Source: Takakia lepidozioides (taxonomy: Eukaryota; Plantae; Bryophyta). Taken from it: DNA of 64,000 nt. Below, piece by piece: positions 49,654 to 63,276 of the stretch. The first letter of the stretch is position 1; each line of letters starts with the position of its first letter. The notes under the pieces were generated by a model that saw only the letters and a program-made list of their open reading frames with translations, had not been told where the DNA came from and ran no database searches. A program made the position numbers and the translations under genes. The DNA lies in assembly GCA_030704615.1 (NCBI GenBank), contig CM060733.1:60698001-60762000 (forward strand), written 5' to 3'.

Positions 49654-50545
49654 TACTTATATCAACCGGTCCAACTCTCTCTTTCTCTCTCTCAGGTATG
49701 AATCAGTACTGCAGTCTCCACAGGCAAACAGTGAGTCTGGTTTAAACTGCCCATTTCCTCCTCGTGTGGCTAGAGACACTTGGTCGGAAAAAGGTGACGA
49801 TACAAAGACCGTAGGATCACAATCTTGAGGCTATTCTTCACTCAAGTCTACCCCAAGGAGGCTGGATTACAAACCATGCTGTTTCTTTTAGCAGCAGCTC
49901 AGTTGTTATATAACTAATTTTCAGGTGGCCACTGACTCTAACTAACTCAGTGGGAACTGCCCATCTGCTGGTAATGCAGGCTGCTTCCATGTTTTGGTCA
50001 TGAAGAGAGCAGTTCCAGGAACAGGTAGTAGTGTCATTGAAGCCTGATTGTGCACTGTGATTGTCCACATTTCTCAGTTTCATCCCTTAAACATCACAAA
50101 GTTGGATTGGAATTTGGCATGTGCAGTTGCACATTTCCACCGTGGATACATCACACTGGACTGCTTTCTGAGGCCCAGCAATGCTGGCAAGTGGCTTGCC
50201 AGCAGGAGAGAATAGCTGAACTCTCCCTATCACACATACACATGATATAGATGCTCTGTCTTGTCCTTCTAAGAAAGTTGGGGCGCCCCAGAACAGTGAG
50301 TGGCACTACTACAGCATGCCTGTAGAACTGGTGATCCTGTTTAGCTCTGATCCCTTCCAATCCTGTTCAGCTTAGTGTGGAGCATACGTTGCGTGGCGTT
50401 GAGTTTGATTAATAGTGATGCACTTGACCATCACATGATGCATCTTGAACCAATCTCTTTCCTTTTCACGTAGAATTTCAATGGGAGCATGTACCTCCAG
50501 CAATGACAAGAACAAAGACCAAAGATGGTAGTCTATGAATTTGGA

Positions 50546-53500
50546 TTATCTATTATACCAGTCCAAAAACAGGAGCGTGCATATGAGAACAGAGAAAATT
50601 AGAATGATGTAAAGGCGGCTACTGCTGTTGCGCTTCTGGGTTTTGGTCAGCTCTTTGTTGCCTTTATCAACATTTTGTGTGGCCTCCACTGCCTGTCCAC
50701 CATGACCACATCAGTCTGGGTTACATGACTCGACACATAACTTATTGCATACTGTAGTAGATACAGTTTGCTCCACAACATTAAGCACAAAGATACAGTG
50801 ATTGCACTCAACAATTATGAGCTACCAGCTCCATGTTCCATCTTATGAGTTGCATGAGTATGTAATGTAGCCCTGGATATAGCTACTCAGTTGTTTCACA
50901 ATGCAAATAGACCCAAAATTGAAAACTACCTGTTGATACAACAGCTCTATTTGCTGAGCTTGCTGCAGCACATGGGTAGAGAACAAATGGTTTAGCGCTG
51001 ACATCTCCAGCATCTTTCTCTCAGTGTCTTGCACGGCATCCATCATGTTTGTAAGCTCTACCTGTAAAATTCACCATTAGAAATCTACTACAAAAGCATG
51101 TCGTTTTAATTCGGAGCCACAAACATGCCAGAGATGCTTGCAGTTTGGACAGTCCAGCCAATGCCGAAATCAGCCAAACACAGACGAGGCCTGCTGATTT
51201 GTTGAAATTCATCACAAGAGCCATTCTACTACTTGACTTATAACCTGTTAGTGTAATTTGGCAACCAGCACAAAACAGGGACTTAAAGCCCTAGGATCAA
51301 CAACTATTGCACTTGCCCACTGTACGCAATAGCATACAATGTCCCCAAGGCCATCCCGGTAGAGAACACTGCCACACACAACCACCAAAACCAAAATAAG
51401 AAATATCTGTCACCTGTAGGGCACGGGTTTCTTCATCAAGCATCTCTTGCCGGGTTTCGAGTGCCTCCGGTTGAGAGTTGTAATGTTCTGATAGCCAGTC
51501 TCTTGAGTAAATGCTTTGATCCATTTGCAATGTTGTGTCAGGCTCAGATGGGGGCAGAAGTTTAAGGCCCCGCCGGCGCTTGGGTAAACGTCGTTCGATA
51601 GCATCCTGAAACCGGACAGCCCGGAGACGGTCAAAGAGCGCTGTGACAGAATGGAGGCGCTCGCTCAAAATCAGCACCTGAAACATGAGTGATACTCCCT
51701 CATTAGATGATTGATGTGCAATCCAACCCCAAGAAGTCAGTCAGATGTAACAAACCCTCTCTCCCTCTCTGAGAAACATTGCATTCTTACAGCAGATTGC
51801 CCATGTCAACTCTAAATGTGTCTTCACACAAGCAAAGTCCGTAGTGCAATGACAAAGCCTGTGCTCAATGTAGTAAAAGTAGACTGAACATCCCAGAGGG
51901 CCCATGAGACGCGGTACAAGAGAAACCTACAAATGAACCCCCAAAGTTGCATCCAGAAGCAGGTGAGCTCTAAGCACTTTGGGTCCCAATATCGTCTCTG
52001 ATAACATAGTATGTAGGCCATGAGAAGAAAACTGACATTTTGTCTGAGATGGTGCTCATTGCATAGATCTTATCCTCGTGAGATCTCTTCTTCCATCCTC
52101 CTGTCCTAATCCGTAGAGCACTAGAACTAGTTCCACACAGTTTTCAAGATTGATGTAGAAAATCTAGAGGAGAGACAGAGAGGTATGATCATGTGGCTGG
52201 TTCTGATGCCGGGAGGTCTCTTTCGTAAAATTGTTTTATGGTATGGGATGGCTAATTGGTCCCAATATCTGTTTGCTGTAGCCTTGTGGCCATTGACCCC
52301 GCACCCAGTTTGAGCGGAACACAAAGGGACAGAGACGACCTTTGTCAGGGGCTGACGCAGGTAGTATGACTTACCTTGGAACAGACAATTGATCCGAGTT
52401 TTCCAGATATCCTCAATCTGCTGTGCGAGATTTGCCCAATAACTAGGCTCCAAAAGGGCCTGGGCTTTTGGCTCATCCTTGAGATTTTCAAAGATGGTAA
52501 AGAGAGGTACAGGCACAAATCCCTTGATGGATATGAAGAAAAAGAGGGCACCCTGTAAGGGTCTGTATTAATAAATAACCTTGTCATTTGAACTACCAAG
52601 TAGGCAACATCAGAGGCACTTCTAATTCTATACAAAAGAGCACCCTGAAGCCCTACTCTATAGATTGTACTCATAAGACATTGTTTGCCATAGCCTTGTG
52701 GCCATTGACCCCGCGCCCAGTTTGAGCGGGAACAAAAGGCGCAGAACCTACCTCTGTCAGGGGCTGACGTTGGTAGTAAGACTTACCTCCATATAAAGAA
52801 TTAATCCGGGTTTTCCAGATATCCTCTAGAAATCCCTTCACACAAGCATCAATCTGCTGTGTGTGATTTGCCCAAAAACTAGGCCTCAGGGCCCTACTCT
52901 ATAGAGAGAACATCTGAGCACAGAAAATCTATGGCTTGCGCCCGAGGATGTAAGACTAATCTTTCTACCCAGGGAATTTTACACCTTCCTCTACCAGCTC
53001 TTGGGTATAAACGGAAATTCGCACTTAGAGCGGGCTATCCTAGATGTGAGGGATCTTTCAAGGAGGATCACAGTCAGATTGTACTCATAAGACGTTGTTT
53101 GCCGTACCTTGTGGCCATTGACCCCCGCGCCCAGTTTGTAGCGGGAACAAAAGGGACAGACCTACCTCTGTCAGGGCTGACGTTGGGGGGGATAAGACTT
53201 ACCTCCATATAAAGAATTAATCCGGGTTTTCCAGATATCCTCTAGAATCCCTCTTCACACAAGCATCAATCTGCTGTGTGTGATTTGCCCAAAAACTAGG
53301 CCTCAGGAGGGCCTGGCTTTTGGCTCAGCCTCGAGACTTTCAAAGTTGGTAAACAGGGTACGGCACAATTCCCTTCATAGATTTGAAGAGAGCGTCTCTT
53401 TGGTGAGAGAACCCCGGACATGTATCAGAAAATGAATACTGTCTTCAGATTGCCCACACAACGGGCAATTGCCCTCTCCCTTTCTCTCTCTGCTTCTGTT

Positions 53501-56500
53501 TGCTGTTCAAGGTAGGCTTCCTGCCCTGAGTTTAAATTTCAGTCTAGTGCCGAGATATGGGTAACCCTTGAGGTCCTCCATATGTCCTCCCCCATGTCAC
53601 AAGACTGGAAACAGTTCAGGGAAGATTTCGTCCTAACTTCATTTTCATTCAGACATTCATGGCAACAGACATGGCTGAGGACACTACAGCCTCTAAGTCA
53701 GATTTATCCAGCAGTTCAATACTTGCGGATCCAGGTCCAGGTCCTTTGAGGATCTCTTCTACTCTCTTCTGCCAGGACTTGGCCTGTTTGACAGGGCGGT
53801 CCTGTTTCCAAGATATAGAGTCGATAATTAGGATATCTGGTGTTGGGTATATGTTGCAGCTGACCCCCCATCTGACCTTGAATTCATCTTGTCGGGAGCA
53901 TTAGGACGGAATGCCAAACTCACCCCGAACAGCCACATTGGCTGTTTTGGAGCATGCTGACATACACTCCTTAAGCACCCCCACTTGAATGGATTCTAGA
54001 GACTTAGCCTGGTTGGAGTTATCAACCCATATAGCAGATCCGTACTCCAAGGCAGGTCTAATAACGCGACAAAGCATGGTTTTTCTTAACCTCAGAGTTG
54101 ACCCCTCTGCAGTGGAAAAATTTAGTGAGCCCCAGAGCTTTGCCCTTGCCAGTTTGAACAACTTTCCGGATATGTGCATCCCAATTACAATTGGAGGAGA
54201 ACTCAACGCCCAGGTAAGTGTAGGAAGGGAGGACCGGGATCTCTTGGCTACCCCACTGCCACTTAAGATCACTTCCTCCCTCTCCTCTGTCGTTGAATGC
54301 TACCACTGCACATTTGCTGACATTAGCCTCTAGCCCCCAAAGATCAAAGTATCTCTTCGCGCAATCAATCAACTCCTGGAGATTGGTTGGAGTCTCCCCT
54401 ATGCCTGCGAAGTCATCCGCAAACATAAGGGCTGGTATGGTGGTATCACCCACCCTTAACCCAAATCCCTCACTTTCCACATCCTCGAGGAGTTGATTGA
54501 TGAAAACATTGAAGAGCAGAGGGGAGAGAGTACATCCTTGAGCTACACCTTGGTCTATGTCAAAGAAGTTGGACTTCTGTCTGTTAACAGTGACACAGCT
54601 TTTGGTGTGAGCATACAAGTTGTGGACAACTCTCCACATCTTTCCCTTGATCCCACAAGACCAGAGGCGGAACCATAGGCCATCTCTCCACACTGTGTCA
54701 TAAGCCTTTTTGACATCCAGGAAAAAGACATAAGTGGGTTTCCCTTCTTTTTTCCTTCCCTGGATAATCTGGCTTAGAGTGAAGATATGATCCACACAGC
54801 CCCTGTTTCGCCGAAAGCCAGCTTGGCCTTCGTGGAAACAACCTCTAGACTCCAGATCAACCTCGAGACGAGTACTTATAACTCTGCAGAATTTCTTGCC
54901 AACAGCATTGAGGAGCGTGACGCCACGGTAGTTCCCCGGTTCTTCTCTGTCACCCTTCTTGTATAGATTGACAATGACCCCCTGTCGCCAGCGAAAGGGG
55001 ATCATTTCAGTCTTCCAGATAAGGTTAAAGAGGAGAACTAGGGCCTCTATCATGGGATCGCCACCGTGCTTGATAAGCTCGTTGACAATACCATCAGGTC
55101 CACCAGCTTTATATCCATTTAAATGTTCAATTGCTTCCACAATCTCAGAAGAACTAATGGGAGCATTATAAGCCATTGAAATATACTCCAGTTCATCAGG
55201 GCTGTTTTGAATCATAGGAACAGTTTTTCCAACTGTGTCCCTCCATTCAGCAGAAGACCCCTCACTGTTAGACCTAGAAGTTCTGCCAAGGATACTGTAG
55301 TGAGTTTCAAAGGTTTTGACAATGTCAACCGATGAAGTCACCACTGCACCTTTGGTAGTCTTCAGCGCTTGTACTTGCTGACCGTTTTTCGGTTTGTACA
55401 AACGTTGAAGGGCCAACCAGAATTTCTTGTCATTACCACCATGGTGGTTTGAGTTTATTTCACTGTATAACTTGTCCCAGTATAATTTCTTCTGAGACCT
55501 AACAAGCTGATTGATATCTTTACGGAGCTGGTAGTACCTCGCCCACAATTCTCTGTTGGTTTCCAAATTGCAGCACTCTTTATAGAGGGCTCGTCTCTCA
55601 GCTATCTTGAGTTTAATCTCATTAGTCCACCAATTAACTGCTCTACCGCAGACAATGAGTTTCCTCCCAATGATCTTGTCAGCCATGGAGGAAACGAAAC
55701 TCTCCCAAGAGTCCACTGCTCTTTCGACTTCATTTCTTGCGTTAACAGAGCGTGACTGAAGTTCTTGGAGCGATTGGACAAAATGAGGGAGAGCCTCTTG
55801 CAAGGCCTGGACGTACTCAGCCTTGACCTCCTCATTGTGGAATTTTCTATGCGCCACTTCCGAATCAAACGTTTCACAGATCTCTTGGTGGTGGGAAAAC
55901 ACCTTTTGATCTCAGTCCAAACCAGGAAGTGGTCAGAGGTACCAATATCAGTTCTGTCGATCAACACATTGGCACACTGGGGGAACAAAATTTTGTCCAT
56001 TATGATATAGTCCACAATGGAACGTTCCCCAGTTTGGGGTTTCTCACGAGTCCACTGCACTTGGTCACCTCTTGTCCTGTTATTCAAGGTCAAAAGCTGA
56101 AGCTCTTCTAGACAGTTAATTAACCGTCTGCCATTAGAATTCAGCTCGTCGTCACCAAAAGGTCCAATGATATCGTCCTGATGGATCCCTTTGCCCACCC
56201 GGGCATTGAAGTCCCCCAATAGTACCACCTGACCTTTGGCAAGGAACGAAGCACAGTCCAGCTTTACATCTTCGAAGGCCTTGTCTGCGTCAGCACTAAG
56301 GGTCCCCTCTGTGGGCATGTAAACACAACCAACAAAGAGGTCCTTTGTACTCATGCCGCCCTTCAAATTCAGTTTTAGCCAGATACTATGCTCGTACCTC
56401 AAACCCTTGTTGATAATTTCACAATTGTCAAACAAGAAATCACGGACAAAGAATCCGACCCCTTTTTGACCGCGTTTGGCAGAGGCTGCCTTGGGCATCT

Positions 56501-58736
56501 CTCTCGTGAGAGTACCAAGGACAATGAATCAGAAAATGAACATTGTCTTGAGGTTGCCCACACAACGGGCCATTGCAATCCCTCTTTCCTCTCTGCATCT
56601 GTTTGCTGTTCAAAGGTAGGCTTCCCGCCCTGAGTTTAAATTTCAGTGTAGTGCCGAGGGTGGGTAAACCCTTGAGGTCATCCATGATATCCTCTCCCAT
56701 GTCACAGACTGGAAACAAGTTCAGGGAAGTTTTCTGCCCGACTTCATTTTCATCAGACAATTTCCTGGCCACAGACATGGCTTTGGACACTACAGCCTCT
56801 AAGTCAGATTTATCCAGCAGGGTCAAGACTTGCAGGCCTAGATTCAGATCCTTGAGAATCTCTTCTACTCTCTTCCACTGGGCGCGGGGTCAATGGCCAC
56901 AAGGCTACGGCAAACAACGTCTTATGAGTACAATCTCTTCCACCAGGACTTAGCCTGTTTGACAGGGCAATCCTGCTTCCAAGATATAGAGTCGATTAAC
57001 TTAGGATATCTGATATTAGACATATGTTGCAGCTGACCCCACCATCTGACCTTGAATTCATCTTGTCGGGAGCTTAAGGAAGGGATGCCAAACTCACCCC
57101 GAACAGCCACATTTGGCTGTTTTGGAGCATGCTGACGTGCACTTCTTAAGCACCCCCACTTGAATGGATTCTAGAGACTTAGCCCATACTGCAGATGCGT
57201 ACTCCAAGGCAGGCCTAATAACGCGGCAAAGCATGGGAGAGAGATTGTACTCATAAGACGTTGTTTGCCGTAGCCTTGTGGCCATTGACCCCGCGCCCAG
57301 TTTGAGCGGGAACAAAAGGAACAGAACCTACCTCTGTCAGGGGCTGACGTTGGTAGTAAGACTTACCTTCATATAAAGAATTAATCCGGGTTTTCCAGAT
57401 ATCCTCTAGAAATCCCTTCACACAAGCATCAATCTGCTGTGTGTGATTTGCCCAAAAACTAGGCCTCAGGAGGGCCTGGGCTTTTGGCTCAGCCTCGAGA
57501 CTTTCAAAGTTGGTAAACAGGGGTACAGGCACAATTCCCTTGATAGAGTTGAAGAGAGCGTCTCTTTGGTGAGAGAACCCCGGACAGTGTATCAGAAAAT
57601 GAATACTGGGCATGGGAGAGAGAGACAGAGAGAGATATAGAGCATGAAGAAGTGCAGGTGCAAATTCAAGCAGTCAACATACCAAGCCATGTTGGTGAGC
57701 AACAAGGTCTGCATTTTGAGAGCTTCTACCCAGACCTTGCAACCATCCTGTTCCCTGTGCTCGCTTCTCTTCCATTCCAATGCTATCCTTGAGAACCTCA
57801 ATGCGCTCCCGACATGCCTTCACAAACAGACCTACCTGCAACAAAAAGAAGCCGTTAATTTGTATGCAGATGCATACATGCTTGGCAATAACTTGCATTT
57901 GTCAGAATGCAACAAGGTCAGTTCATATTTAGAAATATTTAAAAGCATCAGGTTAGGGGAATGTCTTCAGGTGTTGAAGCAGTCAACTTGGCAACCAAGC
58001 CACCTTATGATTCATTTGTGTGAATATGTGAAAGAGAATATAAGTCTCACCTCATTTTCAATCTTGTCACGATCTTGCTCTGTGCTTCGATGCTTATCAG
58101 CATAGTCTTTGCCATGCATCATCACAAAGGAATGCATGGCCCGTATGTTTCCCAGCTGCATTCGCCCCATCCTCCCATCTCAATCATTCCCGTCGTTGCA
58201 ATGTATTTGTGTGTCTGCACTCAACTTAGATTTGACAAAGGATCCTACCCGAATTCACAGCCTACTTGACCCAACGTGATGCATTTCCTAACAGCAAATG
58301 TGCTGATGGGGAAATAATCGCCACACTCGAGTCAGCGAAAGATGCTACCGTAGTCTTCTGAAGTTACAGTTCTATCAAAAGTTTGCTACTTACAATCTCG
58401 ATGGCTGTCAGGGTGAAAGTTGAGCGCTGGGCAGTTGTATGCAAGATGAGAGATGCTGACACTTTCGCCATTTTTGTCTGCATCCACATCGATGGTCAAT
58501 TAAACACTGCATTTCCCCCTCCCTCTCTCTCCACACAAAAGAGTCTGCATCCACAAGACCTAGCAAACAGAGTATTGCAATCCAACAGACAGAAACGTGA
58601 ATTCTGGGAGGAGGCACTAGAGTTACAAATTCTGCTACTCTGAATTCACTCGCAATACCTCATCATATTGAAGCTTGAGGGCAGCTGATCGGACCGCTTC
58701 CCGGTAGCTTCCCGTCAAATCCTTAGCACTCGCCAT
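50546..58736 (-). CDS. SYP81: Syntaxin-81 (syntaxin-18/Ufe1-type Qa-SNARE), multi-exon, with a ~6-kb LINE-filled intron
   Basis: Exon 1 MASAKDLTGSYREAVR (58736-58659); FVKACRERIEVL...VAHQHG (~57670-57834); VLILSERLHSVTALFDRLRAVRFQ (~51415-51677); ERKMLEMSALNHLFSTHVLQQAQQIE; AVEATQNVDKGNKEL...TM...FLDWYNR* (stop 50546-50548). Confidence 0.9.
52665..52890 (-). mobile_element. 5'-truncated 226-bp copy of the same LINE 3' end, with a 15-bp TSD
   Basis: TSD gccctactctataga at 52650-52664 and 52891-52905. Confidence 0.85.
53080..56498 (-). mobile_element. APE-RT LINE, 5'-truncated within the endonuclease, frameshifted
   Basis: APE (GVGF...VYMP...LLGDFNARVG...SIVDYI...SDH, 55602-56498); RT (KAGGPDGI...NYRGVTLL...QAGFR...FLDVKKAYDTV...GVAQGCTLSPLLF...LMFADD...YTYLG, 54058-55902); C-terminal CPLCG..ED..HFL..CP; defined 3' end at ~53080. 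Confidence 0.92.
56499..57608 (-). mobile_element. Further rearranged 3' fragments of the same LINE family
   Basis: ~56500-57235 repeats ~53400-54075 with deletions. 57243-57608 repeats 53080-53440. An inverted 3'-terminal copy sits at ~56881-56936. An older diverged copy is at ~52265-52530. Confidence 0.85.
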
Positions 58737-59296
58737 CCTTAAATCAGACCAAAACAACCCCACCTAACTTGCCTTACTGACCCCAGCTTCGGATACCCCC
58801 AACATGACCTACACTTGCTCTGATCCGACACAGGAAAAACCCATAATCCGGCATGGAATGCAGTTGTAAGCGGATTCCGGAGCGAACTGCTCATCAAAAT
58901 GGATATGGGTGCTGGCGCAAATCACTCAGGGAGTGCGAATCGCTCAAAGAGATCTCTGCCAAATCACAAACTGATTTCCACCAGCTGATTTCTTCCCCTG
59001 CCCACCCCCCACAAAACCCTAAAATGCGTGGGAAAACTATTAGTTGCACCTGTGATTGGAATAGTTCGTCTGAAATATGGACGATCGTTCATTTTCTCCA
59101 GCGACGGGGCTTTGTGGCTCTCGATTCTCTCTAGGGCTGCTTTGTTCGGACTGTGCATCTTGAATCCGGCGTTGAAGAGAGACACAGAGAATTTCATCAG
59201 ACGTGTTGGTAATCGTCAGTCTGCGAAGGAATTGGTTCGAGACAAGGATATCCGGATTGGGTGTTGGAGTGGAAGAGATTTAGAAAGGTGGGCGAC
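58737..59296. promoter_or_regulatory. Short head-to-head intergenic region (SYP81/RPN7) with a telo-box
   Basis: Divergent ATGs 560 bp apart. AAACCCTAA at ~59014-59022. Confidence 0.5.
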
Positions 59297-60457
59297 ATGG
59301 AGGACCAAGAGGCGACCCAGGATGCAAAGCTGGTGCTAGCGCACAAGCTTTTTCTCCTGCGGTCTTCTGATGTACCAGACATTGAGAAATCGCAACTGAA
59401 GGATGAGGTGATGGTAGTGATCCGTGCGGATGACATGGTGGGGCTGTACGAAAGCTGCTGCCAGGAGCTTGGCTGGGATCTCGAACAAGCTCTTTTGGAG
59501 TCGATGCAGGCTAAGATTGCGGATGACGTGAAGAAATTAGAAGATAGGATCACAGACGCTGAGGAAAATTTAGGGGAGAGTGAGGTTCGTGAGGCATTGT
59601 TGGCCAAGGCCCTGTACTACATTCGCATTGGTGACAAAGAGAAGGCCTTGGAGCAGCTGAAAGTGACTGAAGGGAAGACGGTGGCGGTGGGCCAGAAGAT
59701 GGACCTAGTTTTCCACAGTTTGAGACTGGGGTTTTTCTTCCTGGATTTCAACCTAATTTCCACGAACATCGAGAAGGCCAAGAGCTTGTTCAACGAAGGA
59801 GGTGACTGGGAACGGAAAAACAGGCTCAAAGTGTACGAGGGTTTGTACTGCATGGCGACCCGCAACTTCAAGCAAGCAGCCACACTGTTTCTGGACTCCA
59901 TATCCACATTCACTACGTATGAGCTTTTCTCATATGACACCTTCATATTATATACGGTGCTCACCAGCATCATCTCACTCGACCGGGTCTTTCTGAAACA
60001 GAAGGTGGTAGATGCTCCGGAGATTTTGACCGTGATTGGTAAGATCCCGAATCTCTCTGACTTTCTGAACGCCCTCTATGGTTGCCATTACAAGACATTC
60101 TTCGTAGCCTTTGCCGGTCTTACAGAGAAAATTACGTTGGACCGATACTTGCATCCTCACTTCCGGTACTATATGCGAGAGGTGCGGTCTGTGGCCTACT
60201 CACAGTTTCTAGAGTCTTACAAGAGCGTGACTATGGAGGCCATGGCCAAGGCCTTCGGAGTAAGCGTTGCCTTTCTGGATATGGAGTTATCACGTTTTAT
60301 AGCTGCGGGGAGGCTGAATTGCAAGATTGACAAGGTGGCTGGTGTCTTGGAAACCAATAGACCAGATGCAAAAAATGCTCTCTACCAAGGAACAATCAAG
60401 CAAGGGGACTTCCTGCTTAACCGCATCCAGAAGCTATCCAGAGTAATTGACCTGTGA
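59297..60457 (+). CDS. RPN7: 26S proteasome non-ATPase regulatory subunit RPN7 (PSMD6), intronless
   Basis: AEENLGESEVREA...GGDWERKNRLKVYEG...YSQFLESYKSVT...LNCKIDKVAGVLETNRPDAKNALYQ..IKQGD.LLNRIQKLSRVIDL. ATG at 59297. Confidence 0.96.
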   Translation: MEDQEATQDAKLVLAHKLFLLRSSDVPDIEKSQLKDEVMVVIRADDMVGLYESCCQELGWDLEQALLESMQAKIADDVKKLEDRITDAEENLGESEVREALLAKALYYIRIGDKEKALEQLKVTEGKTVAVGQKMDLVFHSLRLGFFFLDFNLISTNIEKAKSLFNEGGDWERKNRLKVYEGLYCMATRNFKQAATLFLDSISTFTTYELFSYDTFILYTVLTSIISLDRVFLKQKVVDAPEILTVIGKIPNLSDFLNALYGCHYKTFFVAFAGLTEKITLDRYLHPHFRYYMREVRSVAYSQFLESYKSVTMEAMAKAFGVSVAFLDMELSRFIAAGRLNCKIDKVAGVLETNRPDAKNALYQGTIKQGDFLLNRIQKLSRVIDL

Positions 60458-63276
60458 TTTCTAAGAGATGAACTTTTAGCTGAGGTGAAGGTCATAAATC
60501 TGACTATTTTAGGTGCCAGGGAAGGCAGAATTTTGACCATGGGGATGTGACTAGTCCATCATCTAATAAAACCTCTAGGCTCTTGCTGTTTGACAGCAGA
60601 TTGTTGGGCCCGTCCTGCTGTGCCAAGGGGCCAAAATGGACTAATGCCTGGGGTTTCTCAGGATCGTCTAGGTTCAGCCTGTAGATGGAAGTCATTTGAT
60701 TCCAGACATGTATTCCAATCAATTTGGATACCTTCACACTTCTTGCAAAGTACTAGTTTCTCTTTTGAATTTTGTTGAGCAATCAGTACCACAATGTCAA
60801 TTTTAATGTAGCTTGCTTGGCGAGTTTTGTTGAATTGAGATTGCCAAGGATTAGTCTGTGCTTAATTGCCTGGTAATGATCCCTGGGCAGAGTTGTTCTG
60901 AGAGTTCCATCATTTTTGTGGCAGTTTGAAAGTTCACTCTACAGCACTGTCCAAGAGTCCTCCTGAATGTGACATCGCAATCTGTCTCTGTCATTACAGT
61001 TACTTCTTTGTCTATCTCTTCCACCCTCTTTGAACTAGGGTTGCATCTTGATAAGTATATGAGGGGAACATTGCCTCCCTCATTTACGACAACATATGTA
61101 TATATATACCTAAATGTCTGTTTGTCTGCAATATCGTGCTCAGTTCAAGTCATGATACATAAACATCAATGAATGCAAATTTCTTGGGTGGCACAGTGCT
61201 TGAGGTGCTCATTTTCAAAGTCTCGCTCGAGTACAAGCTGTAATCAGGCTACTTCCTGATGACAGTGCTTGTCAACAGCACTGACCCTTGTCAGTGTTCG
61301 GGAACTTTGAATCCTTGCAATTCTTATGTTGTCTCAAGACAGGATGATCTTGGCAAGAGCCCGTTTATAACCTGGTACTATAGTGGTTGAAAGGTAGCCA
61401 TTTGGATTCTGAAGATGACGATATTTTGGTTTCAGACCAACATACAAAGAATGTATCAGAGAAACGGGATGTAAAGAGAGGAGTTGCAGCTACAACCAAG
61501 TTCATTGCACTCAGTTGTGTACTGCTACAGTTGATAAATGCAAGCGGCTTAATTCTGCACGTATTGCAAAGCTAAAAGTTCACGAGGGAAAGACTACACG
61601 TGATTTACCGAAGTGGTTTAGGCATGGCCTTTGCTCCATTATTAGATTCACTATGCTCCACCAGCGAACAGTATCAAGACGATTAAAATGCAATTATGAA
61701 GGCTGTTGAAACGATTTGTTGAAGGTTTGCCAGGTTCATCAATCCATAGCAACTCATCGAGCGCTGTAGGCCAGGGCGTAGGAACAGGAAGTCGTGAAGC
61801 GAGCACAAGCTGTTCACAATTGCGCAATAGCTTCAACAGCTTCAAACATGCCAGCCCAGTAGCTCACAATTTTAACAACTAAATCGCATGATATGTACCC
61901 CACACACTAAGGTGAGAAGAGGACATCATCTGAAACCAAAGTCAAAGTGATACTCTGGTGAAACAGCCGCATCATGAGAGAGGGGTATCACAGTTTGGCA
62001 GATCAATGATCGGTGGGGTCTATCATGACTGTGAAGGGAAGCTGGGCTTGATGACATTATGCATCTGAGACATCCGGATCCTCTACGCAGCACTGAATGG
62101 GGTGGTTCAACACTAGTGGGATGCTGGCGGTAGCAGTTCTGATGACCAGTGGTGTGGCCATTTGAGGTGAAGAAGTGCCAAAGTGGCCCTGTCCATCGCA
62201 CACCTGCGGGAGGACGCTACGCTGGAATCTGAACAGTAGAGCATCCTAGTGAGATTATGAAGCATTTGTAATGTAAAGTTTGGCAGTGACACAGAGTGCT
62301 GTACTGATCTTGAGCTTCACAGTCCACACTCCACACTCGGAATTCATCACACTGTTTTAGGGCTCAGGGAGGGGGAGAATGGACGGGAATTTGTGGCAGA
62401 TGTGAGGACTGCGCAGGGTGAGTTCGTGATTTCCTCTGAGATCTGCAGGTAATGTACCCTGTACTTGGTCAGATCATTTTTGGCTCTGCTCTACTGATTA
62501 GATGTTCTTCACTGGGGTTTTTGGGGGGCTCTGGGAACTATGTTGGGAGCTGGACCTTCAGACTGGAAGGCACTGCTCGCTCTCAGAAGTCAAGTTATAA
62601 ACAGCATCTGGATGGCGGCAATGTTTCTTTAAATCTTGCAAACATGAGAATATGTGGAAGGGCAGAATTTTCGTGCTCGGGGTAGCTGCAGCCTCCCCTA
62701 CGATGATATGCATGTCCTGTATGAAAGTCCCAAGGGTTTCTCGCTGTCGTGGCTCTGAACTGCCCTGCTATTATCAGATTTCTTGACTCCGAATTGTGCT
62801 CTTGGTTCAATTTGAGGACATACCTGCAGTCTGCTGTCACGCTGGAAAATAATCGCTGAATAGACTTAGGCCTTTTCTTTGCACAGGTTTGGATTCCATG
62901 GTGGCTAGGTGAAGGTAGGTAGACTACATGCTTCTCTAGCCTGTTCTGCTTGGAGAAATGTTTGCTTCAGATATATCTGAATGGAACGCTTACTGATTTG
63001 CTGAAGAATGGAGGCCCATTATGGTCTTTGAAGTATCTTCTTGTGATGCGGGTGTGCAATGCATGGGAGTACTGCCAAAGATGGAGTGCTCCAGATCTGT
63101 AAGACGGTTCTTCTACTCTTGGATATCTCTGGGCGGGAGTGTCTTGAGCATGATTCATACCCTGGCACTTTTGTGTGGGCATTATCTACAGGTTGGAGAT
63201 CTGAAGTAGGATCTTCTGATGAGGTCACTTCAAAGAGCCTGTACATCTCACAGCACTATGTAGATGGGTAGATGCA

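Noticed and set aside
59197-60160. Minus-strand ORFs over RPN7 (similarly over the ICMT gene, tnpD and the LINE RT)
   Set aside because: Antisense shadows of genuine coding sequence.
60500-63270. Short ORFs between RPN7 and the F-box gene
   Set aside because: No recognisable motifs; likely UTR, intron or intergenic sequence.
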